Below are positions 38,510 to 47,644 of a stretch of DNA of 64,000 bases, one piece after another. The DNA is taken from assembly GCA_023380475.1 (NCBI GenBank), contig JAMCRD010000006.1:2546-66545 (forward strand), written 5' to 3'. Source of the stretch: Patescibacteria group bacterium (GTDB lineage: Bacteria; Patescibacteriota; Minisyncoccia; UBA6257; Colwellbacteraceae). The notes under the pieces are model-generated. The model saw only the letters and a list, made by a program, of their open reading frames with translations. It did not search any database and had not been told where the DNA came from. A program made the translations under genes and the position numbers. Each line of letters begins with the position of its first letter. Positions within the stretch are counted from its first letter, which is position 1.

Positions 38510-39072
38510 ACTTTTATAAATTTGACGTGGCTTCTTCTAGCGGATTCTTCGTCGTCGTTTGAATTTCCAATGAACGCAACATCTTTTTTGCTCATCTGCC
38601 AGAATCTTATAATTCTGTCTATATCTAGGCCCGTAGGCTTCGGTTCTAGACAATTCTCTTTGAAAATAACGATGCTCGGTTTTTTGACAAGGAACTTATC
38701 AATAAAATTTAAAACGCATCTTTTAGTGTTCATCGAATATATCGCAAACTTTATATCATTTTTATTTACGACATCTAAGAGTGTTTTATTCACATTGTAA
38801 TTCTCCGTTCTAGTTTCAAAATCTGAGATGATGCCCACAAGCTTGTTAAATATTCCTTGGCCATAGTTACTCCTAATATAGAATAGCTGCTGATTCAAGG
38901 GAGAGAATTTCAAAACCTCCCCGACCTCGGAAAAAAAATATTCTGAAAGTTCTTTCTTTAGGACACTCCAATCTACTCCTAGGTTCACCAGAGTGCCATC
39001 CAAGTCGAAAATAAATGCCTTATGTCTTAAGAGTTTATCGGGGTCAAATTTGTTCGCCGGTCCATTCATCAT
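38506..39072 (-). CDS. HAD-family hydrolase
   Basis: FDLDGTL, PKP, FIGNSNDD. Confidence 0.85.
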   Translation of the reverse strand: MMNGPANKFDPDKLLRHKAFIFDLDGTLVNLGVDWSVLKKELSEYFFSEVGEVLKFSPLNQQLFYIRSNYGQGIFNKLVGIISDFETRTENYNVNKTLLDVVNKNDIKFAIYSMNTKRCVLNFIDKFLVKKPSIVIFKENCLEPKPTGLDIDRIIRFWQMSKKDVAFIGNSNDDEESARRSHVKFIKV

Positions 39073-40114
39073 CTTTTATTAATTTATACCCCATATCAAT
39101 CATTCTAACCCAATACCAATCAGGTGGTACATTGTCGAACTGCTTCAGTTTGCTGTTGACTTCCTCACCCAATCCAATCTTGGTGTAATAATACGGCATA
39201 TTCGCTCCGGCTTTACTAAAAAAGAAGCTTGTGGTGAAAAATCTACCGACGTTTATTTCTATCAATTTTATTTTTCCGTTTTTGTCCGTTTTCATATCGG
39301 CACAAAATATCCCAGAAGCCTTCGGATCAATCACCTTCACGGCCTTGTAGACCAGTTGATTGATTTCCTCGTTCTGGACCGTCCTGGCCACAGAGGGGCT
39401 AGAAGATTGCCCACTTGGAGTTAAATTGCCGAAAATGTATTCTATCCTCTCCCGCGCTTGTGACATTATTAATTCTCCATTCAACCACAAACTCTGAAAG
39501 GCGTATTCTCTACCAGGCAAAAATTCGCTGACCATGAAATCGCCGTAGCCCAGTCCTTTCATCTCCTTCCAATAGTCTATCCACATCTTGGCGTGTTCGA
39601 GTTTTTTGACCGGCAATGCAGCACGAGACCCCGCGCCGCGAATAGCTCTCACCCACACCTTTTCATTGGTTCTGAATAGGTTTTGGAGAGCTGCTTCGAG
39701 ATCTTTTTCTGACCTAAGATAAAAGGCGTCCGGAACCGCTATGTCATGAGTTTTCAAGAGGCTATTGAACTGCATCTTGTTTTGGCAAATTTCAACCGTC
39801 TCTGGATCGGGCAGAAACGTTCTTGCCCTTATCCTACTCTTGTTTTTAGATAAGAAATTAACCTCAACGTCCGGTTGGGAATGCACAAAATCTATTTTTT
39901 CCTTTTCGATTAATTTATTTAACTTATCAATATAATTCGGGTCGTCTACCCCTGGTATGATGTACCTCTTATCAACATGAGCAAGCTCAATATGGTATCG
40001 GCTCATGTCGGCTCCGACTATATAAAATCTTTCATCCTTCGGATTACTTCTTAGCGATTCTATAAAATTATATGCCGCCGAACCGCCGGCGCCTGTGACC
40101 AATATTCTTTTCAT
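39044..40114 (-). CDS. ATP-grasp protein (carbamoyl-phosphate synthase-like)
   Basis: VTGAGG, SEFLPGREY, IEINVGRF. Confidence 0.85.
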   Translation of the reverse strand: MKRILVTGAGGSAAYNFIESLRSNPKDERFYIVGADMSRYHIELAHVDKRYIIPGVDDPNYIDKLNKLIEKEKIDFVHSQPDVEVNFLSKNKSRIRARTFLPDPETVEICQNKMQFNSLLKTHDIAVPDAFYLRSEKDLEAALQNLFRTNEKVWVRAIRGAGSRAALPVKKLEHAKMWIDYWKEMKGLGYGDFMVSEFLPGREYAFQSLWLNGELIMSQARERIEYIFGNLTPSGQSSSPSVARTVQNEEINQLVYKAVKVIDPKASGIFCADMKTDKNGKIKLIEINVGRFFTTSFFFSKAGANMPYYYTKIGLGEEVNSKLKQFDNVPPDWYWVRMIDMGYKLIKDDEWTGEQI

Positions 40115-40130
40115 ACTATGTGTTGCAATT

Positions 40131-41090
40131 TCAGCTCAGCGCTGTTTTTAAAGCCTCGATAGCGAATCGAGAATCACATTTCTTATTATTAGTGACGCAA
40201 TCTATAAAGTACAGAATCTCCTCTTTCAGCGGCTCCTTTGTCGCGACCGTTATATTCATGACATCGGGCTCTGAAAAATGCAGAATATAGTCAGAAAAAT
40301 CTCCCTTGGTCTCTTTAAACTTATCATAATTACTCTTGAAAAAGCTTATTTGCTGACTAATATAATCCATCTCCAGATAACCTTCCGATCCCGTAATACT
40401 TAGCTTCCTAATTTTCACCGGCGTGATCCAGTTTGCTTGGACAAACGCAGAGGCATTGTTGTACTTCAGAAAGAATTCAACCGAATCATCTCGTCGGACA
40501 ATGTGATTCCTCTGCCTATTTACATACACCTCGACCGGTAGTCGCTCAAGTAAATAATTAACGATATCTATATCATGTATTGCCAAATCAACAGCGATAT
40601 CCGCGTCTTTTATCTGGGGAGGGAAACCACCAACCCTCCTTGCAATAATATTAATGATGTTCCCGAGCTCTCCCTTGTCGACCATGTTTTTAATCTTCAA
40701 CACTGCTGGATTAAATCTTTCGATATGACCAACAAGAAACTTCGCGCCAGTCGCTTCAGCCGCTTTCAACAAATCCTCGGCCGCTTTTAAGTCCATAGTT
40801 ATGGGTTTTTCAAGCAATACGTTTATACCACGGTTCAAACATTCTTTTGCGACCTCATGGTGTAACACAGTAGGGACACACACCGAGACCACAAGCGGCT
40901 TTTCGGCATCCAGCATCTGCTTATAATTCACATAGCCCATCGAGTTAAATCTTTTTGCAGACTCGTCGACGACAGCGGGGTTGGTATCTGCAAGCGCGAC
41001 TAATTCAACACCGGGAATTTCTGAGTACACACGAGCGTGATTCCTGCCCATATTGCCAACCCCTATCACTGCACACTTTATTTTCTTCAT
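40131..41090 (-). CDS. Gfo/Idh/MocA oxidoreductase (WbpB/WlbA-like)
   Basis: IGVGNMGRNH, LLEKP, GHIERFNP, DLAIHDID. Confidence 0.9.
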   Translation of the reverse strand: MKKIKCAVIGVGNMGRNHARVYSEIPGVELVALADTNPAVVDESAKRFNSMGYVNYKQMLDAEKPLVVSVCVPTVLHHEVAKECLNRGINVLLEKPITMDLKAAEDLLKAAEATGAKFLVGHIERFNPAVLKIKNMVDKGELGNIINIIARRVGGFPPQIKDADIAVDLAIHDIDIVNYLLERLPVEVYVNRQRNHIVRRDDSVEFFLKYNNASAFVQANWITPVKIRKLSITGSEGYLEMDYISQQISFFKSNYDKFKETKGDFSDYILHFSEPDVMNITVATKEPLKEEILYFIDCVTNNKKCDSRFAIEALKTALS

Positions 41091-41092
41091 GG

Positions 41093-42190
41093 CTAAATTC
41101 CCTTTATAGTATCTACTATATACTTTATGTCCTGCTCGCTTACTGATGGATTCACCGGCAAGGAAAGGACTTCCTTGCTGATCTTTTCTGAAATCGGGAA
41201 ATCGCCATCTTTATACCCCAAACGCATAAAATGTGGGTGAAGATGAAGGGGTTTTGGATAGAAAACAGCGTTACCTATCCCTCTTCCGGTAAGGTATTGA
41301 GAAAGTTCGTCTCTCTTAATCTTGAACTGATCGGTCACCCTGATCGTATATTGGTGAAAGACATGACTAAAACCATCCTTAACGCTGGGAACCTTAATAC
41401 CCTTGATACCAGCCAGTCCCTCAGAAAGGGCCCTCGCGTTTTTTTGCCTAATTTCATTAAAACCTTTCAATTTTTTAAGTTGTTCGATCCCCATAGCTGC
41501 TTCTATATCGGTCATCCTGTAGTTAAACCCCAAATCATAATACTCATAATGGGTTTTCTCTGACTGCCCGTGGTGTCTGAATCGCTTGACGCTATCTGCG
41601 ATGTTTTCATCATCTGTAACAACCATCCCCCCTTCACCCGTTGTCATATTCTTCGTCGCATAGAAAGAAAAGCATCCCGCACTACCAAATATTCCCGCTC
41701 TTTTCCCCTTATATTCCGCACCATGAGATTGGCAGGCGTCCTCCACTATCCTGAGATTTTTCCTGTGTGCGATTTCACCGATCCCATCCACGTTATAAAT
41801 CTGTCCATAGAGATCAACGGGTAAAATTGCCTTTGTATCGCCGGTCAATTTTTCCTCTATTTTATCTGCATCTATGTTGAAGTCAATCTCATTGACATCC
41901 ACAAAAACTGGTCTCGCACCCTGCATCAGTATGGCATTGGCGGTCGCGACAAAGGTGAATGGCGTTGTAACGACTTCGTCTCCTTTTTTTATACCGCATG
42001 CGTAGAGTGCACAGTGAAGCGCGGCGGTACCACTATTCACCGCAATCGCGTATTTCACCCCACAAAACTCGGCAAAGTCTTTCTCGAATTCCGCAACCAC
42101 CGGACCTTGAGCTATCTTACCTGAGGATAGTACTTTCTCAACTTCGTCAATTTCTTCCCCGCCAATCAATGGTTTTGAGATGTTTATCAT
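41093..42190 (-). CDS. DegT/DnrJ/EryC1/StrS sugar aminotransferase (WbpE/WlbC-like)
   Basis: NSGTAALH, EDACQSHG, SFYATKNMTTGEGG. Confidence 0.93.
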   Translation of the reverse strand: MINISKPLIGGEEIDEVEKVLSSGKIAQGPVVAEFEKDFAEFCGVKYAIAVNSGTAALHCALYACGIKKGDEVVTTPFTFVATANAILMQGARPVFVDVNEIDFNIDADKIEEKLTGDTKAILPVDLYGQIYNVDGIGEIAHRKNLRIVEDACQSHGAEYKGKRAGIFGSAGCFSFYATKNMTTGEGGMVVTDDENIADSVKRFRHHGQSEKTHYEYYDLGFNYRMTDIEAAMGIEQLKKLKGFNEIRQKNARALSEGLAGIKGIKVPSVKDGFSHVFHQYTIRVTDQFKIKRDELSQYLTGRGIGNAVFYPKPLHLHPHFMRLGYKDGDFPISEKISKEVLSLPVNPSVSEQDIKYIVDTIKGI

Positions 42191-42486
42191 GCCACATTAT
42201 TATAATCCACATTGTTCATGACTAGAACGCACCATACAGTTAACGCCTAGAGGTAACTCTTGTGGCGGCAAGGGGTGACGGTATTCACTGCAGTCATGAA
42301 AAACCAATCAACCTTCTATGGCAAGGAGTTCGGACTCAGATGGTATCACCCGGTTGAGCGGGATTATCAGACGGTCAAGGAAATGCGCCGAGTCTTCGGC
42401 CCACCCAGGAAGACATATCGCATATGTTATGAACGGGTACACTAACTTATAAAATTAACAATATTAGGTTATAATCAGCACTAACT

Positions 42487-43164
42487 ATGTCGGATGTATA
42501 CAAGAAAGTACTTATCTGGACGGTACTTACTATAGCCGTTTTAGCAACAATCACATTGGTCATACTCGGCGTAATGCAACCGGCATCTTCAACTAATCAG
42601 GATTTTGCGGCTACTACAGCTCCCGCGATAACTTCGACAGATCACGTCGAAGGTAGTTCAAACGCTAAGGTGTCAGTGATCGAATACGGAGATTTCCAAT
42701 GCCCAGCCTGCGGAGATTTTTATCCGATTGTTAAACAAATGATCACAAACTACGACAGTAAAATAAAGTTTGCATTTAGAAATTTCCCACTGCCGCAGCA
42801 CCCCGACGCCCAAATAGCGGCTCAAGCCGCAGAAGCGGCTGGCCTGCAAGGGGAGTATTGGCAGATGAATAATCTGCTGTACGAAAAACAAAATGAATGG
42901 ACGATAGCGTCACCATCAATCGTAGTAAGTCAATTCTTCGACAGCTACGCTTCATCATTAGGATTAAATGTTAATAAATTTAACGTCGACATAAATTCGA
43001 CTGAAGTGCTCAACAAGATAAAGGATGATGTTGCCGGAGCAAACTCCGCGGCCGTAAACCATACGCCGACTTTTTTCATAAACCTGAAACAGATCCCCAA
43101 CCCAGACAGCTATGGCCAATTCAAATCAACCATTGATCAAGCCTTATCGGCCGCGGGGGCTTAG
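42487..43164 (+). CDS. DsbA-family thiol oxidoreductase
   Basis: EYGDFQCPAC, FRNFPL, TPTF; N-terminal TM. Confidence 0.92.
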   Translation: MSDVYKKVLIWTVLTIAVLATITLVILGVMQPASSTNQDFAATTAPAITSTDHVEGSSNAKVSVIEYGDFQCPACGDFYPIVKQMITNYDSKIKFAFRNFPLPQHPDAQIAAQAAEAAGLQGEYWQMNNLLYEKQNEWTIASPSIVVSQFFDSYASSLGLNVNKFNVDINSTEVLNKIKDDVAGANSAAVNHTPTFFINLKQIPNPDSYGQFKSTIDQALSAAGA

Positions 43165-43588
43165 TTTATTGCTCTTGTTAATCGTCGCCCTGAGTTTTCT
43201 GGGGTTTGCTGACGCGACTTATCTCACCGCGGATCACTACCTAAGACTACCCCTGCCGTGCACCACCGCTGGGGGATGTGAAACTGTTTTAACTAGCCGC
43301 TACGCCATGGTAGGGCCAATCCCCCTGGCGGCCATCGGCATCTTGTACTATCTAGCCATACTATTCTTGGCCATGCTGGCCTACACATCTAATCGCGGGC
43401 AGCCGAGAGCCGTAAAACTGGTCCTAGGGATAGTCGTTGCCGGCCTGGTTGCTTCTTTGTTTCTGTTTTATCTGCAGGTATTCGTCATCCACTCTCTGTG
43501 CACGTATTGTCTTGGTTCAGCCATGACTACTTTCATATTGGCTGTGTTAAGCGTCCTGGCACATAGATTATCGGTAAGATATAGTTAA
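43112..43588 (+). CDS. Vitamin K epoxide reductase (VKOR) family protein
   Basis: C-x5-C..VLTS loop and CTYC active site, TM helices. Confidence 0.92.
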   Translation: MANSNQPLIKPYRPRGLSLLLLLIVALSFLGFADATYLTADHYLRLPLPCTTAGGCETVLTSRYAMVGPIPLAAIGILYYLAILFLAMLAYTSNRGQPRAVKLVLGIVVAGLVASLFLFYLQVFVIHSLCTYCLGSAMTTFILAVLSVLAHRLSVRYS

Positions 43589-43592
43589 ACCG

Positions 43593-44390
43593 ATGTCTGA
43601 CAACATCATCGAAGTTCGTGATTTGGTGAAAGATTTTGACGGCTTCCGAGCCGTCAATGACGTATCGTTTACCGTACCGGCTCGCCGGATATTTTCTTTT
43701 CTGGGACCGAATGGCGCCGGGAAAACCACTTCTATCAAGATACTGACGACGATGCTTCATCCGACCAGCGGGGTGGTCAGAGTAAATGGCTTCGACCCTG
43801 TCACCCAGCAAAATGAGGTGAGGCATTCCTTTGGGATAGTATTCCAAGATCCAAGTCTCGACGATGAATTGACCGCATATGAGAACATGGAGTTTCATGG
43901 CGTGCTTTATGGAATGGATAAGGCGACACGCCGAGCCAGGATAAAAGAACTGCTGGATTTCATGGAATTGTGGGATAGGAAAGACAACCTAGTCAAAGAA
44001 TTTTCGGGAGGGATGAAGCGGCGCTTGGAAATCGCCCGAGGCTTGTTACACCACCCGAAAATACTTTTTATGGACGAACCCACCCTCGGTCTAGACCCCC
44101 AAACCCGCAACCATATCTGGGGCTACATCCGCAACTTAAATAAAACTGAAGGGATCACGGTGTTTTTCACTACTCACTATATCGAAGAGGCCGAGCATGT
44201 GTCGGACACTGTCGCCATCATGGACCACGGCCGGATAATAACCCACGGTTCTCCTGATGAGCTCAAGAGACAGACTGGCGCCTCTTCTTTAGAAGAGGCC
44301 TTCCTGAAATTAACCGGCAGCGCCATAAGGGAAGAGGAGGCAAGCTCCACTGATAGAGCTAGGCAGCGCTATCACCGCATGCACCATTAA
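43593..44390 (+). CDS. ABC exporter ATP-binding protein (DrrA-like)
   Basis: GPNGAGKT, FSGGMKRRLEIARG, DEPTLGLD. Confidence 0.93.
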   Translation: MSDNIIEVRDLVKDFDGFRAVNDVSFTVPARRIFSFLGPNGAGKTTSIKILTTMLHPTSGVVRVNGFDPVTQQNEVRHSFGIVFQDPSLDDELTAYENMEFHGVLYGMDKATRRARIKELLDFMELWDRKDNLVKEFSGGMKRRLEIARGLLHHPKILFMDEPTLGLDPQTRNHIWGYIRNLNKTEGITVFFTTHYIEEAEHVSDTVAIMDHGRIITHGSPDELKRQTGASSLEEAFLKLTGSAIREEEASSTDRARQRYHRMHH

Positions 44391-44391
44391 G

Positions 44392-45144
44392 ATGAAAGTC
44401 ATATACATACTTTGGTTGAGGCAACTCAAAAGATACTTCCGTTCCAAAGCCAGACTGGTCGGCTCGCTTGGTCAGCCGTTGCTCTTCCTGGTAGCTTTAG
44501 GCTTCGGCTTCGGTCCTATTTTCCAGAAAGCTGGCGGTGGTAATTATATTCAGTTCCTGGCACCAGGAGTTGTGGCTATGGGTATACTGTTTACCGGCAT
44601 CTTCACGGGGGTGGATATAATTTGGGATAGGCAATTCGGCTTTCTAAAGGAGACTCTTGCCGCCCCAGTATCGCGTCTGCAGATAATGTTGGGACGAACC
44701 ATCGGCGGTGCAACGGTTGCTACCATTCAGGGAATAATCGTATTGCTGCTTACTTTTGCAGTTGGATTCAGGCTGGACGGCATGGGTTTCGCTTCGATAG
44801 TGCCAGCCGTGCTGCTCATGTTTGTGATAGCTCTGTTGTTCACAGCTCTGGGAACTGCTATAGCATCACTGCTGCAGGACGTGCAGGGCTTCCAACTGAT
44901 AATGAATTTTTTGGTCATGCCGACTTTCTTTCTATCGGGAGCCTTGTTCCCATTGGAGGGATTACCGAGGGTGATTTCCGATATCGCCAGCGCCGATCCT
45001 CTTACTTACGGTATAGATGGCTTGCGCGGAATACTAACCAACTCCGCTCACTTCAACATGTACACCGACGTACTTGTGTCGCTGATAGTAATGGTTGTAC
45101 TGGTCGCGATCGGCAGTTACCTGTTCACAAAGATAGAGATTTAA
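44392..45144 (+). CDS. ABC-2 type permease (DrrB-like)
   Basis: WDRQFGFLKETLAAPVSR, FLSGALFP, PLTYGIDGLR. Confidence 0.92.
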   Translation: MKVIYILWLRQLKRYFRSKARLVGSLGQPLLFLVALGFGFGPIFQKAGGGNYIQFLAPGVVAMGILFTGIFTGVDIIWDRQFGFLKETLAAPVSRLQIMLGRTIGGATVATIQGIIVLLLTFAVGFRLDGMGFASIVPAVLLMFVIALLFTALGTAIASLLQDVQGFQLIMNFLVMPTFFLSGALFPLEGLPRVISDIASADPLTYGIDGLRGILTNSAHFNMYTDVLVSLIVMVVLVAIGSYLFTKIEI

Positions 45145-45146
45145 TT

Positions 45147-45221
45147 TGGCGGGGGCGCCAGGATTTGAACCTGGAAGTCAGGATTTGGAGTCCCGCAGTT
45201 TGCCGTTAAGCTTACACCCCC
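45147..45221 (-). tRNA. tRNA-Trp(CCA)
   Basis: Reverse complement GGGGGTG...CTCCAAA...GGTTCAAATCC...CGCCCCCGCCA. Confidence 0.92.
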
Positions 45222-45359
45222 TTAGGACCCTATCACTATTTGTTATTTCGGCGCATAAATCAAGCTCCGTTTATACGAAATCTTCTGGGTGTATCGACAA
45301 ACCGCAAGCTTTGGATTCAAATTACGGTTATCCCGCCAATTAATCGACGTCGCAAAAAT

Positions 45360-45558
45360 TGACCTCGATGAGGCAGGGTAAAAGATTCATTGCCATATTG
45401 GCAAAAGGCGACAAACCCGCAAACACTATGAGCTATGTCGCTAAACGTTCTTTATAATCGCTTTCGATCCCCTTTGAGAATCTTTAAGAGGGTCACAGAG
45501 TCCGACTACGGCCGGATTTACAATAGCGACGAAGTTCCAAACTTCGTCGCTTATTTTT
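45360..45558 (+). ncRNA. Candidate structured ncRNA with its own terminator
   Basis: TGACCTC/GAGGGTCA, AAAGATTC/GAATCTTT, GGCGACA/TGTCGCT stems; terminator AGCGACGAAGT...ACTTCGTCGCT then TATTTTT. Confidence 0.5.
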
Positions 45559-45586
45559 GCTAAAAAAGAGGCTTTTTAGGCCCCAT

Positions 45587-45613
45587 TGACAAATACCCTG
45601 TTATGTGTTCTAA
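45587..45613 (+). promoter_or_regulatory. Sigma70-like promoter
   Basis: TTGACA at 45587 and TG-extended TCTAAT ending 45613 (short spacer). Confidence 0.45.
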
Positions 45614-45617
45614 TGTA

Positions 45618-45905
45618 GGCACTGAATCGGCGCACGCCTTAAAGCCAAACACTAATAGCCGGAGGTAAGCTGATTCAGATGGGAAAAGGTTCTTTTATAT
45701 AAAGTGTCAGTAAAAAGGAGGCTACGAAAAACATTATGTAGCTTGTGTCGCTTTTGTCGACACTGCCTATAGACTGACCAATTGTGGTATATCACTCGCA
45801 TTACGATCGGCGGTTAAACCTCCGTCGATGCCAGTCCGATGAAACCGGATTGAATAATGTCAGTGATAGGAACGGCGGAGATTATCCACATCCCGCCGTT
45901 TTTTT
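45618..45905 (+). ncRNA. Candidate ~290 nt structured ncRNA with its own terminator
   Basis: CTGAATCGGC/GCTGATTCAG, AGTGTC/GACACT, ATCACT/AGTGAT, ATCGGCGG/CCGTCGAT, CAGTCCG/CGGATTG stems; terminator AACGGCGG...CCGCCGTTTTTTT. Confidence 0.55.
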
Positions 45906-45921
45906 GTCGGTATTAAACCTT

Positions 45922-45951
45922 TTGACAGAAGACATAAGCATGTCCTAATAT
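45922..45951 (+). promoter_or_regulatory. Promoter with an overlapping putative ArsR operator
   Basis: TTGACA-N18-TAATAT; dyad GACAT-AAGC-ATGTC in the spacer. Confidence 0.55.
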
Positions 45952-45960
45952 TTCCAGGCA

Positions 45961-46260
45961 ATGTCCGATCTATGTTCGGAGGTAAATAGTTTTGGCAAAG
46001 CTTTCAGTAATAGAACCCGCTATCGGATCATCGAAGCCTTACTAAGGGGTCGCAAGACTGTTGGCGAGCTGGTTAGGATAGTCAAACTGTCACAACCGGC
46101 GGTCTCTCAGCATCTCAAAGTACTTAAGTCGTATAAAATAGTCATCGACGAGCGGCGCGGCCAGGAAATTTTTTACACCGTAAACACCGAATATGTGTTG
46201 TATTTACTGAAATGCATGATCAGCGATATGAACAGGAGAAATAAGTCTAGAAATGGGTGA
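45961..46260 (+). CDS. ArsR/SmtB family transcriptional regulator
   Basis: TRYRIIEAL, SQPAVSQHLKVL, ERRGQEIFY. Confidence 0.92.
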   Translation: MSDLCSEVNSFGKAFSNRTRYRIIEALLRGRKTVGELVRIVKLSQPAVSQHLKVLKSYKIVIDERRGQEIFYTVNTEYVLYLLKCMISDMNRRNKSRNG

Positions 46261-46828
46261 CCGCATAAAACTACGGGTGATACTGGGCAGCACGCGTCAA
46301 GGCAGGCTAGGCGACAAACTCGCCAAATGGATACATGACCTAGCCAAAGAAAGGGGCGATCTGGACGTAGAATTATTGGATCTGCGCGATTACCCTTTGC
46401 CGTTCTTGGGCGAGGAGGCGCGGTCGGCCAGTGAACCAGCTGACAAGTTGATAGCGGCTTGGGCCACGAAAGTAAGTGAGGCTGATGGTTTTATAATAGC
46501 AACTGCAGAATACAATCACGGCTACCCAGCTGTTTTAAAGAATGCACTGGACTCCATAAAAAATGAGTGGAGCAACAAGCCTGTAGCTTTTGTAAGCTGG
46601 GGTGGTGTATCCGGTGGGGCCAGAGCTGTCGAACAGTTAAGACAAGTTGTAGTTGAGCTACAGATGGTGCCGATAAGAAACGCTGTACATATACCGTTTG
46701 TGTGGAATCTGATGGACGACGACGGCTCCTTAAAGCCCGAGGCACTCAATGTACACCAAGAAGGTGCAAAGAACTTATTAGATCAACTGGTTTGGTGGGC
46801 CAAGATACTTAAAACCGCCCGGGTGTAA
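46253..46828 (+). CDS. NADPH-dependent FMN reductase
   Basis: GSTRQGR, EYNHGYPAVLKNALD, GGARAVEQLR. Confidence 0.92.
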   Translation: MGDRIKLRVILGSTRQGRLGDKLAKWIHDLAKERGDLDVELLDLRDYPLPFLGEEARSASEPADKLIAAWATKVSEADGFIIATAEYNHGYPAVLKNALDSIKNEWSNKPVAFVSWGGVSGGARAVEQLRQVVVELQMVPIRNAVHIPFVWNLMDDDGSLKPEALNVHQEGAKNLLDQLVWWAKILKTARV

Positions 46829-46873
46829 AATAACGTCTGTGCCATAAAAACAGGCGGCTTTGAAACTCTGCTG

Positions 46874-47629
46874 ATGAAGCGCGAACACAATAAAACATAT
46901 ATCTACGGCAAGCACGCCCTAGACGAGGCTATAGGCAACAAGCCGGACATAATCAGAAAAGTTTTCCTGTCTTCAGATATTGCGGACACCAAACTCAGGA
47001 ACACTCTTAAGGGGCTGAACATCCCGGTAGCAACTATAAAGAGCAAGGAGGCCGCTAGGATGGTGGGGCGAGACACACCATATCAAGGCGTTATCGCCAT
47101 AGTCGATTTGTGGCGCAACCTCATAGATTTTTCAGAGTTTATAGCAGAATTGAAGCCGTCTAATGATACGGCACTCGTTATTCTGGACGAGTTAACTGAT
47201 CCGCAGAACGTCGGAGCAATAATACGTTCCGCGGCAGCCTTTGGAATCAGCGGTGTCTTGATACCATCACATAACCAGGCACCAATAACCGGCGCCGTGG
47301 TTAAAGCCTCGGCCGGCATGGCTTTTCGAATACCACTTGTCTTAATGGGTAATATCAATTACTCCATAAGCCACTTAAAAGAAATGGGCTTCAAGGCATA
47401 CGGTTTAGTGATGGACGGCACGCATAATCTGCATAAAGAAACTTTTGACGCGCCGGCACTGTTTGTAATAGGCAACGAGGGCAGTGGCATACGCGAGAAG
47501 ACACTAGAGCTTTGCGATGTACCACTGCGCGTACCAATGAATCCGAGATGTGAATCACTCAACGCCGCAGCCTCAGCCGCTGTTGTGTTATACCAATGGA
47601 GCGCTGAACACAGCAGAGCACTAAAGTAA
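46874..47629 (+). CDS. rlmB: 23S rRNA 2'-O-methyltransferase, RlmB/TrmH family
   Basis: DPQNVGAIIRSA, IGNEGSG, ESLNAAAS SPOUT motifs. Confidence 0.85.
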   Translation: MKREHNKTYIYGKHALDEAIGNKPDIIRKVFLSSDIADTKLRNTLKGLNIPVATIKSKEAARMVGRDTPYQGVIAIVDLWRNLIDFSEFIAELKPSNDTALVILDELTDPQNVGAIIRSAAAFGISGVLIPSHNQAPITGAVVKASAGMAFRIPLVLMGNINYSISHLKEMGFKAYGLVMDGTHNLHKETFDAPALFVIGNEGSGIREKTLELCDVPLRVPMNPRCESLNAAASAAVVLYQWSAEHSRALK

Positions 47630-47644
47630 GAAACTAATCTCGAT

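Noticed and set aside
42260-42445. Small plus-strand ORF upstream of dsbA
   Set aside because: No recognisable motif or supporting signal; cannot be told from chance.
45147-45221. Recoded UGA (code 25) as in Gracilibacteria/Absconditabacteria
   Set aside because: Conserved genes are full length under code 11, TGA ends genes such as ftsK, and no TCA-anticodon tRNA is seen.
45146-45343. 65 aa plus-strand ORF (MAGAPGFEPG...)
   Set aside because: Antisense reading of tRNA-Trp.
45399-45457. tmRNA tag-like frame AKGDKPANTMSYVAKRSL*
   Set aside because: It does not end in the usual hydrophobic Ala-Ala, and no tRNA-like acceptor or T-arm was found nearby.
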